Part shown: positions 47,672 through 58,202 of the stretch, piece after piece
How positions within the stretch are numbered: position 1 is the first letter of the stretch
Layout: each line of letters starts with the position of its first letter
Assembly: GCA_964495255.1 (NCBI GenBank)
Contig: CAZBVC010000007.1
Span: 274-64,273 of the forward strand
DNA length: 64,000 nucleotides
Direction: 5' to 3'
Source of the DNA: an uncultured Oscillospiraceae bacterium
Lineage (GTDB): Bacteria > Bacillota > Clostridia > Christensenellales > CAG-138
Notes under the pieces: model-generated
The model's input: only the letters and a program-made list of their open reading frames with translations
Database searches by the model: none
Told to the model about the DNA's origin: nothing
Made by a program: the position numbers and the translations under genes

Positions 47672-49915
47672 ATGGTGAAACTCGAAGAACGCGGCGTTCG
47701 CTTGGTTGGCGGCGTGCCGCAGTTGGCGGGCGAGGTCGCCGACAAGATCACGGCTCGCGCGGGGACGATGGCATACGGCATTCTGAACGCGCATAACACG
47801 TCCGACAGCAAGGAAAAGCTCCGCATTCGTTTCGATTCTCTTGTCTCGCATGATATCACCTATGTCGGCATCATTCAAACGGCGCGCGCAAGCGGCTTGA
47901 AAGAGTTTCCGATGCCTTACGCGATGACCAACTGCCACAACAGCCTTTGCGCCGTGGGCGGTACCATCAACGAGGACGACCATGTATTCGGCTTGACCGC
48001 GGCGAAGAAATACGGCGGCATCTACGTCCCCGCGAACCAAAGCGTCATCCATTCCTATGCGCGCGAGGCGCTTTCGGGCTGCGGCAAGATGATTCTCGGC
48101 TCCGACAGCCATACGCGCTACGGCGCGCTCGGCACGATGGGCGTGGGCGAGGGCGGGCCGGAGCTCGTCAAGCAGCTTCTCAAAAACACTTACGATATCA
48201 ACGCGCCGGAAGTGGTGCTCGTTTATCTGACGGGCGAGCCGCGTCACGGCGTGGGCCCGCACGACGTTGCGCTGGCTTTGGTGAAAGCGACGTTTGCGAG
48301 CGGTTTTGTCAAGAATAAGGTGCTGGAATTCGTCGGTCCCGGCGTCAAGGGCTTGTCTGCGGACTTCCGCAGCGGAATCGACGTTATGACGACGGAGACG
48401 ACCTGCCTGAGCTCCATTTGGGAAACGGACGACGTCATCAAGGAATATTACGAGGTTTACGGCCGTCCCGAGGAATATAAAGAGCTCAAACCGCAGGAGG
48501 GCGCGTATTACGATTCGATGATTACCATCGAGCTCGACAAGGTTGAGTGCATGATCGCGCTGCCGTTCCATCCGTCCAACGCCTATACGATTCACGAGTT
48601 CCTCGAAAACGCCGAAGCGATTCTGGAGAGCGTCGAGGCGGACGCGCAAAAGCGCTACCCCAAGGCGAAGGTGCGCCTTACCGACAAGGTCAACGGCAAA
48701 GCGGTTATGGCGGATCAGGGCGTCATCGCGGGCTGCTCGGGCGGCACGTTTGACAACATCGTCGAAGCGGCGGATATTCTCGCGGGCGGCTCAACGGGCT
48801 GCGGGGCGTTCTCGCTTTCCGTTTATCCGACCAGCGTACCGACAAGCCTCGAGCTCACGCGCGACGGCGTAACGGCGGCGCTGCTCGAAACGGGCGCGGT
48901 CATCAAGCCCTCCTTCTGCGGTCCCTGCTTCGGCGCGGGCGACGTGCCCGCCAACAACGGGCTTTCCCTCCGACATACGACGCGCAACTTCCCGAACCGC
49001 GAGGGCAGCAAGCCCGGCGAGGGTCAGTTTGCGGCGGTTGCGCTCATGGACGCGCGCAGCATTGCGGCGACGGCGGCAAACGGCGGCAGGATTACCGCCG
49101 CGAGCGACGTGCCCTACAAGACGGCGCATCGCCCCTATCATTTTGACAAGTCCGTGTACGAGCGCCGCTGCTACTATGGCTATGGCAAGGCGGATCCGTC
49201 CGTGGAGCTTGTGCTCGGGCCGAACATCACCGATTGGCCGAAGATCTACCCGCTGACGGAAAACCTGCTCGTCGAGCTTGTCGCGGTCATCCGCGACCCC
49301 GTCACGACGACGGACGAACTCATCCCGTCGGGCGAGACGAGCTCCTATCGCAGCAACCCGCTGCGCCTTGCGGAGTTTGCGCTTTCGCGCCGCGTGCCCG
49401 AATACGTCGATCGCTCGAAGGCGGTCGCCGCAATCGAGACGGAGCGCCGCGCGGGGAAGAAACCCGATAAGATCAAAAACATCCTTGCCAAGGTGGGCGA
49501 CGCCGACAAGCTGCTCGAAACGACGCAGTTCGGCTCCTGCGTGTTCGCCAACAAGCCGGGCGACGGCAGCGCGCGCGAGCAGGCGGCGTCCTGCCAAAAG
49601 GTGCTCGGCGGCTTTGCGAATATCTGCTACGAATACGCAACCAAGCGTTATCGCAGCAACTGCATCAACTGGGGCATCGTCCCCTTCACGCTGCCCGAGG
49701 GCGCGCCGTTTGCATACGAGGTCGGCAACTTTGTGTTCGTTCCCGATGTGCGCAATGCGATCGAGAGCGGCAAAGAGGATCTGCCCGCGAAGGTCGTCAA
49801 GGCGGACGGCACGGTTGAGGACGTTATGCTGCAAGTCAAGGGACTCACGGCGGATGAAAAAACGATCATCCTCGAGGGCTGCCTCATGAACTATTATGCC
49901 GCACAAAACCATTAA
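47672..49915 (+). CDS. Aconitate hydratase (aconitase family)
   Basis: GSDSHT and FCGPCFGAG cluster-ligand motifs, swivel-domain C-terminus. Lies next to icd. Start uncertain (47672, or the internal Met at 47768). Confidence 0.8.
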   Translation: MVKLEERGVRLVGGVPQLAGEVADKITARAGTMAYGILNAHNTSDSKEKLRIRFDSLVSHDITYVGIIQTARASGLKEFPMPYAMTNCHNSLCAVGGTINEDDHVFGLTAAKKYGGIYVPANQSVIHSYAREALSGCGKMILGSDSHTRYGALGTMGVGEGGPELVKQLLKNTYDINAPEVVLVYLTGEPRHGVGPHDVALALVKATFASGFVKNKVLEFVGPGVKGLSADFRSGIDVMTTETTCLSSIWETDDVIKEYYEVYGRPEEYKELKPQEGAYYDSMITIELDKVECMIALPFHPSNAYTIHEFLENAEAILESVEADAQKRYPKAKVRLTDKVNGKAVMADQGVIAGCSGGTFDNIVEAADILAGGSTGCGAFSLSVYPTSVPTSLELTRDGVTAALLETGAVIKPSFCGPCFGAGDVPANNGLSLRHTTRNFPNREGSKPGEGQFAAVALMDARSIAATAANGGRITAASDVPYKTAHRPYHFDKSVYERRCYYGYGKADPSVELVLGPNITDWPKIYPLTENLLVELVAVIRDPVTTTDELIPSGETSSYRSNPLRLAEFALSRRVPEYVDRSKAVAAIETERRAGKKPDKIKNILAKVGDADKLLETTQFGSCVFANKPGDGSAREQAASCQKVLGGFANICYEYATKRYRSNCINWGIVPFTLPEGAPFAYEVGNFVFVPDVRNAIESGKEDLPAKVVKADGTVEDVMLQVKGLTADEKTIILEGCLMNYYAAQNH

Positions 49916-49945
49916 TTCGGAAGAAAGCACGGAGGAAACGATCAA

Positions 49946-51166
49946 ATGACGCAACTGATTCAAATGAAGACGCCGCTCGTGGAGATGGACGGCGACGAAA
50001 TGACGCGCATCATCTGGAAGATGATCAAGGACGAGCTGCTGACCCCGTTCGTGGCGCTCAAAACCGAATACTATGACCTCGGGCTCACGAAGCGCGACGA
50101 AACGCGCGACCGTATCACGCATGAAGCGGGCGAGGCGAACAAGCGCCTGGGCGTCGGCGTAAAATGCGCAACCATTACCCCGAACGCGCAGCGCATGGAC
50201 GAATACCACCTCCATGAAATGTGGAAAAGCCCGAACGGCACCATCCGCAGCATTTTGGACGGCACGGTATTCCGCGCGCCCATCCTGATCGACTCCATCA
50301 AGCCCGTCGTCAAGAATTGGCATAAGCCGATCACCATCGCGCGCCACGCATACGGCGACGTATACAAGGGAACCGAATACCGCGTACCCGAAAAGGGCAA
50401 GGCGGAGCTGGTGTTCACGGGCGAAAACGGCGCGACCTTCCGCGAGACGGTTTATGATTTCGAATGCCCCGGCGTGTTGCAGGCGATGTACAACAAGGAC
50501 TCCTCCATTCGCTCGTTTGCGCACTCCTGCTTCCGTTACGCGATTGCGACCAAGCAGGATCTGTGGTTTTCCACGAAGGACACGATCTCCAAGAAGTATG
50601 ACCAAACCTTCAAGCTCATCTTCCAGGAGATCTTCGAGAGCGATTACAAAGCGAAATTTGACGAGCTTGGCATCACCTATTTCTACACCCTGATCGACGA
50701 CGCCGTGGCGCGCGTCATCCGCTCCGAGGGCGGTTTCATCTGGGCGTGCAAGAATTACGACGGCGACGTGATGAGCGATATGGTTTCCACGGCGTTCGGG
50801 TCGCTTGCCATGATGACCAGCGTTCTCGTCAGCCCGGACGGAAACTATGAATACGAAGCGGCGCACGGCACGGTTACGCGGCATTATTACCGCTATCTCA
50901 AAGGCGAGGAAACCAGCACGAACCCGATGGCGACGATCTTTGCATGGTCGGGCGCGCTGCGCAAACGCGCCGAGATGGACGAATTGCCCGAGCTGATCCG
51001 CTTTGCGAACCTGCTCGAGGAGAGCTGCATCGACACGCTGAACGACGGCGTTATGACAAAAGACCTCGTCGGGCTTGTCGAGGGCGGTCAAAAACCGACG
51101 GCCGTGACCACGATTGCGTTCATCAAATGCATTCGCGAACGGTTGGAAAAGAAATTGGAGGCGTAA
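49946..51166 (+). CDS. icd: NADP-dependent isocitrate dehydrogenase (eukaryote-like subfamily II)
   Basis: VEMDGDEMTRIIW, KCATITP, GTVFR, NYDGDVMSD, EAAHGTVTRHY. Confidence 0.9.
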   Translation: MTQLIQMKTPLVEMDGDEMTRIIWKMIKDELLTPFVALKTEYYDLGLTKRDETRDRITHEAGEANKRLGVGVKCATITPNAQRMDEYHLHEMWKSPNGTIRSILDGTVFRAPILIDSIKPVVKNWHKPITIARHAYGDVYKGTEYRVPEKGKAELVFTGENGATFRETVYDFECPGVLQAMYNKDSSIRSFAHSCFRYAIATKQDLWFSTKDTISKKYDQTFKLIFQEIFESDYKAKFDELGITYFYTLIDDAVARVIRSEGGFIWACKNYDGDVMSDMVSTAFGSLAMMTSVLVSPDGNYEYEAAHGTVTRHYYRYLKGEETSTNPMATIFAWSGALRKRAEMDELPELIRFANLLEESCIDTLNDGVMTKDLVGLVEGGQKPTAVTTIAFIKCIRERLEKKLEA

Positions 51167-51170
51167 CAGA

Positions 51171-51467
51171 ATGAACATCGTCAAGGCAGGCATGGCGGGC
51201 ACGATGGAATCCAGCGATATCATCGTGCGCGTCGAGCCGCGGGAAGAGGGCGGTCTGACGATCGAGCTTACCTCGAGCGTCAAGCAGCAGTTCGGCAAGC
51301 AGATCGAGCGCGTCATTCGCGAAACGCTTGAAGAGCTTGGCGTAAAGAACGCGTTCGTAGACGCGGTGGACAAGGGCGCGCTGGATTGCACCGTTCGCGC
51401 GCGCACGTCCGCGGCGGTTTACCGTGCGGCGGAATCTGCGGACTATGTTTGGAGGACAAAGGCATGA
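51171..51467 (+). CDS. citD: Citrate lyase acyl carrier protein (gamma subunit)
   Basis: 98 aa. AGTMESSDIIVRVEP carries the prosthetic-group Ser. Confidence 0.85.
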   Translation: MNIVKAGMAGTMESSDIIVRVEPREEGGLTIELTSSVKQQFGKQIERVIRETLEELGVKNAFVDAVDKGALDCTVRARTSAAVYRAAESADYVWRTKA

Positions 51468-52351
51468 ATCGACTCAGAAGAAGCATGCTCTTCGTGCCGG
51501 GCAACAACCCCGGCATGGTACGCGACGCGCATATTTACGGTTCGGACAGCATCATGTTCGATTTGGAGGACTCCGTCGCCATCACGGAAAAGGACACGGC
51601 GCGCTTTCTCGTTTACAACGCGCTCATGTCGCTGCGTTACGGCAAAAAGGAGCTCGTCGTGCGCATCAACGACCTGTCGAGCGGACTCGGCGTAGCGGAC
51701 TTGGAAGCGATTGTTCGCGCCAAGCCGGACGTCATTCGCCTTCCCAAAACCGAATGCGCCAAGGACGTAATCGACTGCGAACGCGAAATCGAGCGCATCG
51801 AGATCGAAGCGGGCATCCCCGTCGGCACAACGGGCATGATGGCGGCGATCGAGAGCGCGCGCGGCGTGCTGAACGCGTTGGAAATCGCCCTGAGCAGCAA
51901 ACGCCTGATCGGCATCGCGCTGGGCGCGGAGGACTATGTCACCGATCTGAAAACCACGAGAAGCGACGGCACGGAGCTGTTCTTCGCCCGCAACATGATT
52001 CTGAACGCGGCGCGCGCGGCGGGCATCGACGCCATCGACACCGTGTATTCGGACGTCAACAACGAGGAGGGCTTCCTCGCGGAGGCGACCCTCATCAAGA
52101 AGCTCGGTTTCAACGGTAAGAGCGTCATCAACCCGCGTCAGATTCCGCCGCTGCATAAGGTATTCATGCCCAGCGAGAAGGATCTGGCAAAGGCGCACGC
52201 GATCATGCAGGCGATCGAGGAGGCGCACGCGCGCGGCAGCGGCGTGATCTCGCTCAAAGGGAAGATGATCGACAAGCCCGTCGTTATGCGCGCGCAGTAT
52301 CTGCTCGAGCTTGCGGAAGCGGCGAGCGTTATGCCGATCGAGGAGGTTTGA
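51464..52351 (+). CDS. citE: Citrate lyase beta subunit (citryl-CoA lyase)
   Basis: RRSMLFVPGNNP, FDLEDSV, PKTE. ATGA overlap with citD. Confidence 0.9.
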   Translation: MNRLRRSMLFVPGNNPGMVRDAHIYGSDSIMFDLEDSVAITEKDTARFLVYNALMSLRYGKKELVVRINDLSSGLGVADLEAIVRAKPDVIRLPKTECAKDVIDCEREIERIEIEAGIPVGTTGMMAAIESARGVLNALEIALSSKRLIGIALGAEDYVTDLKTTRSDGTELFFARNMILNAARAAGIDAIDTVYSDVNNEEGFLAEATLIKKLGFNGKSVINPRQIPPLHKVFMPSEKDLAKAHAIMQAIEEAHARGSGVISLKGKMIDKPVVMRAQYLLELAEAASVMPIEEV

Positions 52352-52355
52352 CAGC

Positions 52356-53882
52356 ATGGATGCAATGAAAATCAAGCACATCGACCGCGTCGCGCAAAAC
52401 GGCGCATTCGCGGGCGTTCCCCAAAGGGACCCGTCAACGTTCTCCGCGCGCATGGGCGCGAGCAAAAAGATCGTTTCGTCCTTGGAGGAAGCGATTCGCC
52501 GCACAGGGCTCAAGGACGGCATGACGATCTCCTTCCATCACCACTTCCGCAACGGCGATTACATCATCAACATGGTGCTCGACGCCATTGCGGAGATGGG
52601 CATCAAGGATCTGACGGTCGCCGCAAGCTCGCTTTCAAGCTGCCATGCGCCGATGATCAAGCATATCCAAAACGGCGTGGTGACGCATATCGAAACGAGC
52701 GGTCTGCGCGGCGAGCTTGCCGAACAGATTTCGCGCGGCTTAATGGATATGCCGGTGATCTTCCGCTCGCATGGCGGACGCGCGGCCGCGATTGCGCGCG
52801 GTGAGCTGCATATCGACGTTGCGTTTCTCGGCGCGCCCTCGTGCGACCCGTACGGAAACGCGAACGGCTATAACCGAGATGCGGAGAACGCGACGATCTG
52901 CGGCTCTATGGGTTACGCCAAGGTGGACGCGCAGTATGCGGACAAGGTCGTCATTCTGACCGACCATATCGTTCGCTTTCCGAACACGCCGTTCGGAATT
53001 CCCGAATCGCAGGTGGACTACATCGTTGCGGTCGAGAGCATCGGCGACCCTTCCGGCATTATGAGCGGCGCGACGCGCTTTACGAAAAATCCGAAGGAGC
53101 TGTTGATTGCCAAGACCACGGCGGACATCATCGAGGCTTCGGGCTATTTCTACAACGGCTTTTCCATGCAGATGGGCAGCGGCGGCGCTTCCCTGGCGGT
53201 TGCCCGCTTCCTGCGCGAGAAGATGGAGACGCAGAAGATCCATGCGCGCTTCGCGCTCGGCGGCATCACGGGGCAGATCGTCGAAATGCACGAGGCGGGG
53301 CTGATCGACAAGATTTTGGACGTTCAGTCGTTCGATTTGATCGCGGCGCAATCGCTCAAAAACAACCGCTTTCATCAGCAGATCGACGGCGCGTTCTACG
53401 CGGCTTACGACAATGCGGGCGCGGCGGTCAATCAGCTCGACTTTGTCGTTTTGTCGGCGCTGGAAATCGACACGGGGTTCAACGTCAACGTTATGACGGG
53501 CTCGGACGGCGTGATTCGCGGCGCGATCGGCGGTCATCCCGATACGGCGGCGGGCGCTTCGCTCTCTATCGTCGTGGCGCCGCTGACGCGCGGCAGGATC
53601 CCGACGATCGTCGAACACGTCAACACGATCGTGACCCCCGGCGCGGCGGTCGATATCGTTGTAACCGATCAGGGCGTTGCGGTCAATCCCGCGCGGCCCG
53701 ACTTGATCGAGAAGCTCACGGCGGCGGGCGTCAGGCTCTTTACGATTGAGGAGCTGCGCGCGCGCGCGGAGCGTCTCGTCGGCAAGCCCGATCCGATCCG
53801 CTATAAGGACAACGTCGTCGGCGTGGTGCTGTATCGCGACAACAGCGTTCTCGACGTGATCCGCGAGATCGATGAGGACTGA
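52356..53882 (+). CDS. citF: Citrate lyase alpha subunit (citrate CoA-transferase)
   Basis: 508 aa. LKDGMTISFHHHFRNGD and collinear CitF body. Confidence 0.9.
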   Translation: MDAMKIKHIDRVAQNGAFAGVPQRDPSTFSARMGASKKIVSSLEEAIRRTGLKDGMTISFHHHFRNGDYIINMVLDAIAEMGIKDLTVAASSLSSCHAPMIKHIQNGVVTHIETSGLRGELAEQISRGLMDMPVIFRSHGGRAAAIARGELHIDVAFLGAPSCDPYGNANGYNRDAENATICGSMGYAKVDAQYADKVVILTDHIVRFPNTPFGIPESQVDYIVAVESIGDPSGIMSGATRFTKNPKELLIAKTTADIIEASGYFYNGFSMQMGSGGASLAVARFLREKMETQKIHARFALGGITGQIVEMHEAGLIDKILDVQSFDLIAAQSLKNNRFHQQIDGAFYAAYDNAGAAVNQLDFVVLSALEIDTGFNVNVMTGSDGVIRGAIGGHPDTAAGASLSIVVAPLTRGRIPTIVEHVNTIVTPGAAVDIVVTDQGVAVNPARPDLIEKLTAAGVRLFTIEELRARAERLVGKPDPIRYKDNVVGVVLYRDNSVLDVIREIDED

Positions 53883-53901
53883 CGGAGGCAAATCAAATCA
53901 A

Positions 53902-53935
53902 ACGGGGTCGTGCGTATGAATGCGACCCCGTTTTT
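53902..53935 (+). terminator. Rho-independent terminator after citF
   Basis: ACGGGGTCG-(12-nt loop)-CGACCCCGT followed by TTTTT. Confidence 0.75.
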
Positions 53936-54003
53936 GGTATGCTGCGCTCGGTTTGCATTTCTGCTTGTCGGATAACGGCTCTGTCGGGAACGGAGGGAAT
54001 CGG

Positions 54004-54981
54004 ATGGAAATCGCAATCAAATACGGTTTGCCGCGCGGAGCGGAGCGCGAAGCTTGGGAGCGCTTCCTCGTTTTGCGGGGGCTCAGACCCGACGCGGACG
54101 TCGAGCGCGTGGCGCTTGCCTATGAGGGCGACCGCCTGGTCGCGTGCGGCGCGCTTTATGGGCGCGTGCTCAAACAGATTGCCGTCGATCCCGCGTTCGA
54201 GGGCGGCGGCGCGTGCGCGTCCGTCGTTTCGGCGCTGGTCGGCGAGGCGTACCTGCTGAACAGAACGCATCTGTTCCTGTTTACGAAGCCCGAAAACGAA
54301 AGGATGTTTGCTTCGCTGGGTTTTTATCCGCTCGCACATACGAGCGACATGCTTATGACGGAGAATCGGCGCCTCGGGCTTTCGTCGTTCCTCGATTCTA
54401 TGGAGCGCTTTGACGGCGTTTGCGGCGCCATCGTCATGAACGCCAATCCGTTTACGAACGGGCATCGCTGCCTTGTCGAATACGCGTCGCGAAATTGCGA
54501 TGCGCTCTATGTGTTCGTTTTGAGCGAGGAGAGCGGTTTCATGCGCGCGGAGGAGCGCGTTTCGCTCGTTCGCGCGGGCACGGCGGATATCGCCAACTGT
54601 CATGTGTACGAAAGCGCGGACTATCTCGTCAGCCGCGCGACGTTTCCGACCTATTTCATCAAGGATGCGGCGCGGCTCGAGGACGCGCGCGCGGAGCTGG
54701 ATCTCGCGCTGTTCGGGCAGAGAATTGCGCCCGCGTTGCATATTCAAAAGCGTTTCGTCGGAACGGAGCCGTTTTGCCGGGTCACGCGCGCATATAACGC
54801 GCAAATGAAGCGGATTCTTCCGCAATACGGCGTTAAGGTCATCGAGATCGAACGAAAGGATAAGATCAGCGCGAGCCGCGTCAGGAAGCTGATGGCGGAG
54901 GGCGATTTGGACGGCGTTCGCGCGCTCGTTCCGAACGCGACATACGAATGGGCGAAGACGCGCCTTACGGGAGCGAAATGA
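54004..54981 (+). CDS. citC: [Citrate (pro-3S)-lyase] ligase
   Basis: GNAT-like N-terminus plus a cytidylyltransferase-like domain, IVMNANPFTNGHRCLVE. RBS GGAGGGA. Confidence 0.85.
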   Translation: MEIAIKYGLPRGAEREAWERFLVLRGLRPDADVERVALAYEGDRLVACGALYGRVLKQIAVDPAFEGGGACASVVSALVGEAYLLNRTHLFLFTKPENERMFASLGFYPLAHTSDMLMTENRRLGLSSFLDSMERFDGVCGAIVMNANPFTNGHRCLVEYASRNCDALYVFVLSEESGFMRAEERVSLVRAGTADIANCHVYESADYLVSRATFPTYFIKDAARLEDARAELDLALFGQRIAPALHIQKRFVGTEPFCRVTRAYNAQMKRILPQYGVKVIEIERKDKISASRVRKLMAEGDLDGVRALVPNATYEWAKTRLTGAK

Positions 54982-55829
54982 GCACGATCGGAATGGACGC
55001 GAAGAATCGAATCGCAACCATGGCATACGACGCGCTTCTATCGGAGGTTTACGCAACGCCGAAGCCGGGGCTCGTCGATCGGAACAACAACGGCGCGCAT
55101 ACGGATATGAACGTTGCGCTCTTCGAGAAAAGCGCCGCGGCGCTGCGACCGTACTTCTTTGAAGCGGTTGGGCTCGGCACGGCGAAAGCGGGGATGCAAA
55201 CGCTGCGAAAGGCGGGCGTTGCGGCGGAACGTGAAATGTTTGCCGCGACGAATGGCGTGAATACGCATAAGGGCGCGATCTACGGCATGGGGCTTTTGCT
55301 CTGCGGCATGGGGCAAACGCTCGCGATGGGCGGCAGCGCGATTGCACACGCGCAAGCCCTTGTTCGCTCCGATCTCGAAAGCGAGCTGTTGCGCGCGAAA
55401 CGGGCGGGGGATACGCATGGCGCGGCGCTGTTGTCCGAATACGGCGTGCGCGGCGCGCGCGGCGAAGCGGCAAACGGGTTTCCAAATGCCGTTCTTTGCA
55501 TGCGCCGCCTGCTGCATTATCGGCAAACGGGCGCGGACAACGCGGAGGCGCTTGCGCTTTGCGATGTGATGGCGTCGCTCGAGGATACGAACCTTTTGCA
55601 TCGCGGCGGAACGGAGGGGCTTTTGTTCGTGCAGGGCGAGGCAAGGCGCATTTCCCGTTTGCCGGAAAGCGAACGCGTTTTCGCGCTTCTGGCGCTGGAT
55701 GCGGAGCTGATTCGCCGTAACCTTTCGCCCGGCGGAAGCGCGGATATGCTCGCGCTGGGTTTGCTGCTTGCGCGCTTTGACGCGTGGGGCGGGTGCTGCG
55801 TTGAAACCGCGGGGAAAACCGACGCATAA
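54978..55829 (+). CDS. citG: Triphosphoribosyl-dephospho-CoA synthase
   Basis: EVYATPKPGLVDRNNNGAHTDM, NTHKGAIY, TNLLHRGG. ATGA overlap with citC. Confidence 0.85.
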   Translation: MSTIGMDAKNRIATMAYDALLSEVYATPKPGLVDRNNNGAHTDMNVALFEKSAAALRPYFFEAVGLGTAKAGMQTLRKAGVAAEREMFAATNGVNTHKGAIYGMGLLLCGMGQTLAMGGSAIAHAQALVRSDLESELLRAKRAGDTHGAALLSEYGVRGARGEAANGFPNAVLCMRRLLHYRQTGADNAEALALCDVMASLEDTNLLHRGGTEGLLFVQGEARRISRLPESERVFALLALDAELIRRNLSPGGSADMLALGLLLARFDAWGGCCVETAGKTDA

Positions 55830-56005
55830 CGTCGCTTTCGGCTGTCGGAAACACTGTTTTGGGCAATTCTGGACGACGTATCACGTCGCTTTTCCCATCG
55901 TGCGCGGCGTTGACGCTCGTTTTGGGCGTAACGATACTGCGCGCGCTTGGGTTGATTCGAAAAGAACGCGGAGCGCTTTGTTCCGCGCAAGGGGGGATTC
56001 TCTAA

Positions 56006-56968
56006 ATGGAAACAACAAAGACGGCTAAAAGCGGAAAAGCATATGTGCTTTTGTTCCTCACGTTCTTTTTCTGGGGAAGCGTGTATGTGGTCAGCAAATA
56101 CGCGATGAATACGCTCACCCCCGCGACGGTTGGCTGCTTGCGCTATGCGCTCGCGCTGATTCCGCTGTCGATCCTGTATTTTCGCTCGGAACGCAAAAAA
56201 ATCGAACGGGCGGATTGGAAATATTTCCTCATCATCGGCGGGCTCGGATACTATCTGACGGTGTTGCTCAACATGATCGGCATCGGCTTGGCGGGCGCGT
56301 CCATGACGTCGCTGCTCAACTCGCTGATGCCCGTATCGATTACCATTTTGGCGGCGCTTCTGTTGAAGGAGCGCATCACGCCGATCAAGATTGTCTGCCT
56401 CGTGCTTGCGATCGTCGGCGCGATCATTATTACGAGCGGAGCGGCGGACAAGGGCAGCGTCGTCGGCATTCTGCTCGTGCTGTTCGCGGTGCTGACATGG
56501 AGCTTCGCGTCCGTCACCATGCGCCGCGTCTCGATGAAGTACGGCGCGATCACAACCGCAACCGTCGGCGTCGCCGTCAGCATGGCGCTGCATATTCCGA
56601 CTGCGGTCGTCAGCACGGTGCGCGCGGGCGGGCTTCATTTGACATGGGGCGCGGTTCTCTCGCTCGTATACATGGCGTTTGCCTGCACGGCGCTGGCGCA
56701 GCTTACATGGAACATGAGTCTGACGATGCTGGACGCGAGCACCTGTTCTCTGTTTTACCCGTTACAGCCGCTCTTTTCGGTTCTGCTCGGGTCGATCTTT
56801 TTGAAGGAACGCTTTACGACGAGTTTCTTTATCGGCGCGGCGCTCATCATGGCCGACGTGGTGGTCAACTGTCTGTATCAGGCGAGGAAAGAGAAGCGCG
56901 TGCAAAACTGCGAGGCGAAAGCGGATGCGGAAAAGCCGTCTGCCGAACAGGAAAAATCCGCGTCGTAA
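56006..56968 (+). CDS. DMT-superfamily (EamA) transporter
   Basis: Ten hydrophobic segments forming two EamA-like halves. Charged C-terminal tail. Confidence 0.8.
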   Translation: METTKTAKSGKAYVLLFLTFFFWGSVYVVSKYAMNTLTPATVGCLRYALALIPLSILYFRSERKKIERADWKYFLIIGGLGYYLTVLLNMIGIGLAGASMTSLLNSLMPVSITILAALLLKERITPIKIVCLVLAIVGAIIITSGAADKGSVVGILLVLFAVLTWSFASVTMRRVSMKYGAITTATVGVAVSMALHIPTAVVSTVRAGGLHLTWGAVLSLVYMAFACTALAQLTWNMSLTMLDASTCSLFYPLQPLFSVLLGSIFLKERFTTSFFIGAALIMADVVVNCLYQARKEKRVQNCEAKADAEKPSAEQEKSAS

Positions 56969-57007
56969 CGCGGGTCGGTCGGCTCAAAACTTCGTTTGAC
57001 AAACGCG

Positions 57008-57892
57008 TTACAGCTCCTTGGAGCGCATCACGGCATATTCCCAAAAACGTTCCACGGGCGGCGTCATATAGCGCCCCTTGTGCTTCAAGATGCCGATGTC
57101 GCGCGTCATCTTCGGCTCGGAGAACGGGATGAGCTTGACGTTATAGCTGTCCAAAACGGGGATATGCGGCAGAATCGCAAGCCCGATATCCGCCGCGACG
57201 AACGCCGCGATGGAGCTGCATTCGTCCACCTCGAACACGATGCTCGGGGCGACGTTTGCCTCGCGGAAGCGCGCTTCGAGCTGGCGATACATGGCGGTGT
57301 TGTGATTGATGGAAACGAGCTTTTCATGCGCGATGTCCGAAAGCGAAACGACGTCGCGCTCAAACAGCGGGTGCTTTTCCGACACGGCGAGAAACAGCTC
57401 CTGCCGCATGATCGGCACATAGTCGATGTCGTCGATATCGGGCTGGGCGGAGAAAACGACGTCAAGCGAGCCTTCGAGCAGCCGCTCGATGAGCAGCCCC
57501 GTCATGCTTTGCTGAAAGCGAAACTGGATCTGGCGATTTCCCTGATGCAGATAGAAGCGCTCCACGAACTTTGGCATGACCTTGAAGCCGACGCTGTAAA
57601 TATAGCCGAGGTTGATCGTTCCGCCCGTCGGGTCTACCATTTCAAGCAGCTTGGCCTCGCCGCGGGACAGCTCCGCGAGCGCATTTTTTGCATAGGGCAG
57701 AAAAGCGGCGCCGTAAACGGAAAGCCGCGTCTGTTTGCCGACGCGTTCAAACAGCGGGACGCCAAGCTCCTTTTCCAGCTCGCTCAATGAATAGCTGAGA
57801 CTTGGCTGCGAAATATAAAGCATGCTGGCCGCCTTCGTATAATGAAGGACTTCGGTCATCACGCAAAAGTAGCGAAGCTGCTGCAACGTCAT
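57008..57892 (-). CDS. LysR-family transcriptional regulator
   Basis: MTLQQLRYFCVMTEVLHYTKAASMLYISQPSLSYSLSELEKELG HTH. GGAGG 8 nt upstream of this ATG. Confidence 0.9.
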   Translation of the reverse strand: MTLQQLRYFCVMTEVLHYTKAASMLYISQPSLSYSLSELEKELGVPLFERVGKQTRLSVYGAAFLPYAKNALAELSRGEAKLLEMVDPTGGTINLGYIYSVGFKVMPKFVERFYLHQGNRQIQFRFQQSMTGLLIERLLEGSLDVVFSAQPDIDDIDYVPIMRQELFLAVSEKHPLFERDVVSLSDIAHEKLVSINHNTAMYRQLEARFREANVAPSIVFEVDECSSIAAFVAADIGLAILPHIPVLDSYNVKLIPFSEPKMTRDIGILKHKGRYMTPPVERFWEYAVMRSKEL

Positions 57893-58074
57893 AGGACAGA
57901 CCTCCATTTGGCAAAACAGGGCGAATCATTCTCTTTTTTTCACCATATCACATTCCGACAAAAAGGTCAACGAAGGGGAACGACGAAAAAAAGAATCCAT
58001 GCGTTTTTGGACGATTCCGAACGAATCGCGTCGGCTTGATAAAGCGCTTCTATGAATTCAATCAAAAAACTGTA

Positions 58075-58105
58075 TTGGACAACGCAAATTTACGATGCGT
58101 ATAAT
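58075..58105 (+). promoter_or_regulatory. Candidate promoter of the HMGL-like/ThDP/TIM/AroE-like operon
   Basis: TTGGAC (58075-58080), 19-nt spacer, TATAAT (58100-58105). The spacer is longer than optimal. Confidence 0.3.
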
Positions 58106-58202
58106 CAATTATAACCTGTTCACATATTGATTGCAATTTCCCAAGTAATTTCGCAAATACGGCGCTGTTTTGCTCGAATCGGATACAAAAGAGGTGTTTA
58201 TC

